DNA from: Yuukianura sp. NJ FZ-2021 | Lineage: Eukaryota | Reading direction: 5' to 3' | Length of the DNA: 64,000 nucleotides | Assembly (NCBI GenBank): GCA_046563655.1 | Contig: CM102287.1 | Location: 7,626,001-7,690,000, forward strand | Part shown: positions 58,869 to 64,000 of the stretch, piece after piece | Layout: every line of letters starts with the position of its first letter | How positions within the stretch are numbered: the first letter of the stretch is position 1 | Position numbers and translations under genes: made by a program | The notes under the pieces: model-generated | What the model was told of the DNA's origin: nothing | What the model saw: the letters and a program-made list of their open reading frames with translations, nothing else | Databases searched by the model: none

Positions 58869-59261
58869 ACTGACTGGAATTGATCGAGAGCCGATTAATG
58901 CAAGACGAGTGATCAATTTTTGGCCATAGCAGAGGGGTACACAACAGCAATGTGTATTGTTTACTGCCAGCATTGAGGTAATTTTCCAACTACTAATTGT
59001 TAGACTTTAAGTAGATTATGCCAATTTTTGGCAACATATGGACTTCAAACCGGCATCTTTATTTTTATTGATTCTTCTTGTTACACTTAACCTTTTTAGT
59101 GGAGTAAACTAACATAGAGCTCATAATGAAAGTGACGTTTGAAGTACTAATAAGATGTTAATTGTGAGTGTTAGATTTTTCAGTGGAGAATTTACCAAGG
59201 TCATGGAAAATGGAAGGGTTGGGAAGTTTTTCATTCGTCATGCTCGGTTCTTGTCCAGTAT

Positions 59262-62200
59262 TTACACGTACTTCGTTTTTTGGAAGGGCTCATCGTTATA
59301 AAAATCAGCAGAGTTGAGAAGCCATGGCCAGTAGATGACTGAAATTGAAAATCGTTTACAGGTCAAAGGTCAGCATTAGATGAAGACATTCGACAATTTA
59401 GAAGCCGGCAGCTTACCGTTGAACAGTAGAAAGGAAATTGGGATAATGTTTGAGAATAATTTTTCCACAGTTTTGCTCAATTTGAATCTCTTGGAAGCCT
59501 TTTTGGACAGCATCGATGCAAACTGTGGAGTAAGCGGTGACAGCAGCATATGGTCAGGGGAAATCGCTGTGCTGTTAGTTGGGGAAAGTGCGACTCGATT
59601 GCCCAAGGATACTTGTCCAGCATTCGGACCCAGAAGACCTCCACCAATCATGGGCGAAGGGGGTGAGAGATGGATTGACGCTGGAGGGGTGGGTTGAGGG
59701 TACCGTCGTAACTGAAAAATGTTAGCATTAAGTTAGGTTATTTCCCCAAAGGTAACTTGACAGATTTACCTGGATGTTTGGAGACGAATCGCTTCCGCTA
59801 TCGCTGCTGCGCTGTTCAGCTTTTTTGAGGCCTGCTTTGTAAAAGGGGGTCAAAGGTTCTTGGGATGGACGTGTACTGGGCTTTTGCTTTCCACCTCCAC
59901 GAATCGGCGTCAAATTGAACAAACTCTTGCGCTTCTTCAACTTTTTCTTCTCAGGATCCTTTACTTTGTGGGTAATCTGCTCACGTAATCTACAAAAACG
60001 AAATTCAAGTTTCTATATTTTCGAGAAAAAAATCGAGAATGCCAATTCCAAATTAGTGTCCCAGATTACTTGAGAAGAACCGTGTGTTCCAACAGGGTAA
60101 AGAAGACGCAGAAAATGCAAGTTACCATCCATATGTCCAACCCTAAAAACATCAGAAACTAATTTTTTGAAAAATTCTAATTAAAAAAAAATTAAGTTTG
60201 TCAAAAAAAGCTTGCGTCACCTTTGACCTAGTAAGTAGCAAGAATAAGAAATGTCAAAAAAAAAAAAACAAACCGGATGAATAAATCACGGTGATTGCAA
60301 TAACTGGTTCATTCCCAAATTATTTTTTTAAGTTTTTTAAAAATTGTTGTTTGACGTGGAGCAATGTAAGTGTAATGATTCTGGTCTTACGTAGCTGACG
60401 GTAGGTGTATTTTGTTTCACAGCAGCAAACATAGCCGTCAATGTCAAAAGAGTCCTAGATCAAAGCAAGGCTAAAATTAATTTTCAAAAATAAAATATAT
60501 ACTGTAAGTTATATAATAACAAAGTAACTCTGAGTTATTAGCTCTGCCGTTTAGCGACTTTGGACCTAACGTAATTAGCGTTAACAAAATAACTACATAG
60601 TAGCACAATGTGTTTAGGGTTCGTCACACAGTACGTCACCAAACATTCATCACCCGCAACTTTATGTTACGTTAATGGCAGAAATTAAAAACAGTGTAAT
60701 TCAAACTGACAATTTGCAATTGCAATTAGAAGCAGTAAAGTCATAGCATCTAAACTGCGCTGTTTTCTGCACTCGGCCTCCCGTTCACTAGTGGTGACGT
60801 AATATGTGACACAATCCCATCATTCTAACGTCATGCAGAGGGTGAGACACTCCAGAACATTTTCTCCACTGAGCAGAAACGTCAAGAAGCTGATGACGAC
60901 GAAGAGGCAACTGGGCAAGTATGTCTGGATCATGTGGAATCCCAGAAGACGTCTCAGGATCACAATGAACTTGATCTCAGAGTACGTATCTACATTAAAA
61001 GAGATCAAAAGTCATTGGAATTCGGAAGATTGAGATTCTAAGCCACAGGTCATGCACTACAAGGTCACACGGTCTACTTACTACTTACTCAACTTACTAC
61101 TGGTAGTCTGGATTTTATTGCTCAGCGCTCCACCAATGGCTACCCTGAAATTCGGAAGTGCAATTGCACCCCGCATTGCAGGCTCCTTCCCATCACGCCA
61201 ATTCACAAACACTGTCCCATTGTCGTAGGCATACGACTTGATATTCACTGGACTTTGAAATTCAAACAAAAAGTTAACTTTGACCTTCAAAAAAATTACT
61301 CTCATTTTCACAATTTTAGAAAAACTGCCTTTGTGGTTCATTTTTTTCAAATTCAAAACTTACCAACGCTGTGTGTCTTCATTACGATTCAAACAAAATA
61401 TTTATGTGAAACATCAAAATTTTACATTTCAACAATTTAGAAAAATGAAAGCGTAATTGGGTAATACCTGCCGGATAATAATGGAAGTCCATTTGACAAG
61501 CTATTTTTGTTGTAAATCTGGAAATCGTTACAAAACCAAATTTTCAAATTTCAAAAGTTCGAAATTTCACAATACTTCACTGATTCAGTAGAATAGATTT
61601 AAAATTACTTTCAATTTCTAAAGAATTTTCTCCGAATTTGAAAAAACATAAACACTGTGTCCGTAAATCGATTCAAACTTTAGTTATAGTTCTCAAAAAA
61701 TTGCAAGTTTGGAGAAAAATCCAAGCGTTTCAACTACAACAAAATCATATGAATTTGCAAACCTTCCAGAAAACCGAAAAGTTCCATCCTTGAAGTAGAC
61801 GCGCAGGGATGCCGGTGTACTAAGGACCTGATGCTGATCCATTTGTTTCACGTAATCTTAAAATACAAAATCAGAAGAAAAATGAGAAATTGGGCTTCGT
61901 AAAACTTATGTTTTTGAAATTTTGAAATCCGTCCGTGAACAATTCACCTATGAAAGTGTCTGGAATCCAAATGTCGCTGAGGAGTGTAGGACTGAGCACT
62001 TCGTACTTTATGCGCTTCTCCTTGGCGTTTTTGAATATGGACGAATTTCTGTCCCACTGGGTCAGACGTTCGTCCTTCCAGAAGATCTGCAAGTTGTACT
62101 CTATAACCAATTCCTGAAATATTTTCAAAAATACAGTCCCCCACTTTTTTTAAAAATAAAAAGAGTTTTCAAAATTCATGGTAAAGTTCATTGGAAGTTG

Positions 62201-62999
62201 CGGTTGCTGAAAAACGTTAAACTTTCAAATGCTTGAAGTTTGGCGCCGATTGATGCTTTCTACGTCAGTGTTTTGGATTGATTATTTATACATTAGGTTA
62301 ACTGGTAATCCAATATGCTTTGTTAAGTTAGTTTTTAGATTAGGTTAGTTAGCCTAACTTTGCAATTAAGCAATTAACCAATTGAATTACCTCTTCCACT
62401 TCATTGATGTCTCTAATATCCACCAACAGTATGTAAAAATCCACTTGAACTGGCCCTCCTGAATCAAAAAACAAAAACAAAAAAAACTTTTTTCTGAAAA
62501 TAATTTTTCATTTTTTAATTTTGGTGTGAAAATTAATGCCAGAGCAGTTAGGATGATTGTACTTACCTTCTTTTGGTCTTGGCGGAATATCCTTGTTGTA
62601 CGAATCAGTCAGTGTGATCAGTGGATACCTGTCGTACACTCCAGACGATTTAACTCCATTATTTTCAGTTTCACCAGACGCGGTAAATTTTGAAGCTTCA
62701 CCAGCACTGCTTTCTCCCGTAACAGTTTCATTGTCCGCCATTTTATGGTGAAGCGTCCCCGGAGTTGGCATGGGCAGCGTCGCTAATCTCTCAGACTCCA
62801 GAATATTTGCCACTTTGAAACCCGGAGTAGGTCTTCTGTCTAGTAAAACCGCCGGAGGCGTCACTTTTCCTTCCAGAATAATATCGGCTACTCTGACTCC
62901 AGCGATGACGTCGAGCGACGACAGCATCACCGTCAAAAATGTCGCCATGACTGGCCAATGTCGCTGTCGCTGGAACTTGACGCTCTGGAATTTTTCCAT
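59262..62999 (-). CDS. Cys-loop ligand-gated ion channel subunit (GABA/glycine/anion-type family, divergent); includes 13-nt (61364-61376) and 7-nt (60221-60227) microexons
   Basis: YNKDIPP, WKDERL, IWIPDTFI, Cys loop CQMDFHYYPADTQRC, LRR..GFHMIQTYLPSCL (M1), TTLLTLTAM (M2), PTVSYVKGLDIWM (M2-M3) and M4 IPISFLLFNVIYW. Confidence 0.9.
60617..60818. mobile_element. Probable ~200-bp MITE (Harbinger-like ends) in the intron splitting M2 of the channel gene
   Basis: GGGTTCGTCACACAGTACGTCACCA pairs with TGGTGACGTAATATGTGACACAATCCC. TTA is present on the left only. Confidence 0.45.
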
Positions 63000-64000
63000 A
63001 ATCTTCAGTGGTAGAAGTAACTGTCTCGCTGGCTTTCGGATTCAAACTGACTAATTATTCGTTTTGTTCTTGAATAAGGTGATCTTGACCAAAGCTTAAA
63101 ATTTGAAACGGAGAAAGTAGTGGAATGGCTAGGCTGAGCGGTTGGAGAGTTAGCGCGCTCTTATTGGAGAAAGGACGCAAATAATGTGTCATGGACGTCA
63201 TAACACAGTTTCCAGTGCCCCTTTGTTCTTTGAATTATGATCCAAAGTGTCCAGAAACTTTACAATTTCCATGTTTTAAACTTCCTCTGCTCTAAAAACT
63301 ATGTTCAGGAAGGTTAATCTAAAGCTAATGTAGAATGTTGCAGAAAGGGGCTGACCTGACACGACCATTACTAAAAAGGAGGAACATCAATCAAATTAAG
63401 CGAAACCGGACAGACTGCAATGAAATTTGTTTTGCGTGTTTCGTTTAGGTTAGGGTGCTGTTAGTAGGCTAGCATTTTAAAGCCTAAAATTTTGGGTTTT
63501 AGGTTTTAGATGATTTAAGATTAGAAATGTAGAGTTTCGTGCTACTGGGTTATTTAACCAAGAGAAATTAGCTTTCCTGCTTAAAACTCGGAATTTAAAT
63601 CAACCCGCTTTCTGAAATGTCACCAAATTGGTCTCTGGAACCTGAACTTCCACTTATGACATTCATTTCCATTTGTTAGGCTTAAACCTAAACCTTGTTT
63701 CCAGGAAAGTTAAGGCTAACCTAAGCTTGTGTAATGGACCTCATTCCTTATTTTAGCACAGCTCATGCGATTTTTACTTTTTTTTTCATGTATTTTTGTT
63801 GGGTTTTTGACGCCTCTGTTTTTTTGCTAATTTAAAAATGTGCCAATGTGGCAATTTTTTATCTGATTCGAGTCTATTAAAACTCGCAACCTGTTGCTAA
63901 AAAATATCCTGCAATTTTGTAACATAACATGTCAAGATGCAAGAGAAATTTGGTCATTTGCGAAAAAATGAGACTTTTTTTTATCGTTGTTGCGAAATGG

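Noticed and set aside
62290..63730. Scattered TTAGG/AACCT-like tracts as interstitial telomere sequence
   Set aside because: Only a few degenerate units are present; they are more likely repeat remnants.

Overview
This is eukaryotic, gene-dense animal DNA, most likely from an arthropod (innexin, Mextli, Gly/His-rich secreted proteins, TTAGG-like repeats). Introns are short, mostly 55-90 nt, so the ORF track shows only exon fragments. I assembled gene models by hand from GT/GC-AG boundaries and reading-frame phase. About 22 protein-coding genes are supported: a BTB protein (partial), a divergent TAF11-like gene, eIF2B-delta, an ABCC transporter, innexin, SRRM1, two Gly/His-rich secreted proteins, PNISR, DIPK2A-like, a CUB-CUB-LDLa-TM (Neto-like) gene followed by a decayed partial copy, a small 4-exon orphan, a tandem GPR158-like ectodomain protein, Rheb, Cullin-5, an ACDH-11/AidB-like dehydrogenase, allantoicase, Mextli, TyrRS, AGPAT3/4 and a Cys-loop channel subunit. 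Several non-autonomous DNA transposon relics sit in introns. The main leads are: (1) a highly diverged TAF11 histone-fold paralog with three tandem PxVxL-like motifs; (2) a phase-enforced pair of mutually exclusive exons; (3) an anion-family Cys-loop subunit whose PAR filter is replaced by LEC and which needs 7-nt and 13-nt microexons; (4) strong over-representation of the AGGTCAAAGGTCA (DR1) motif plus a perfect IR1 ecdysone-type element at Rheb; (5) a TyrRS lacking the EMAP-II domain. All homology calls come from recalled family motifs; no database search was run.
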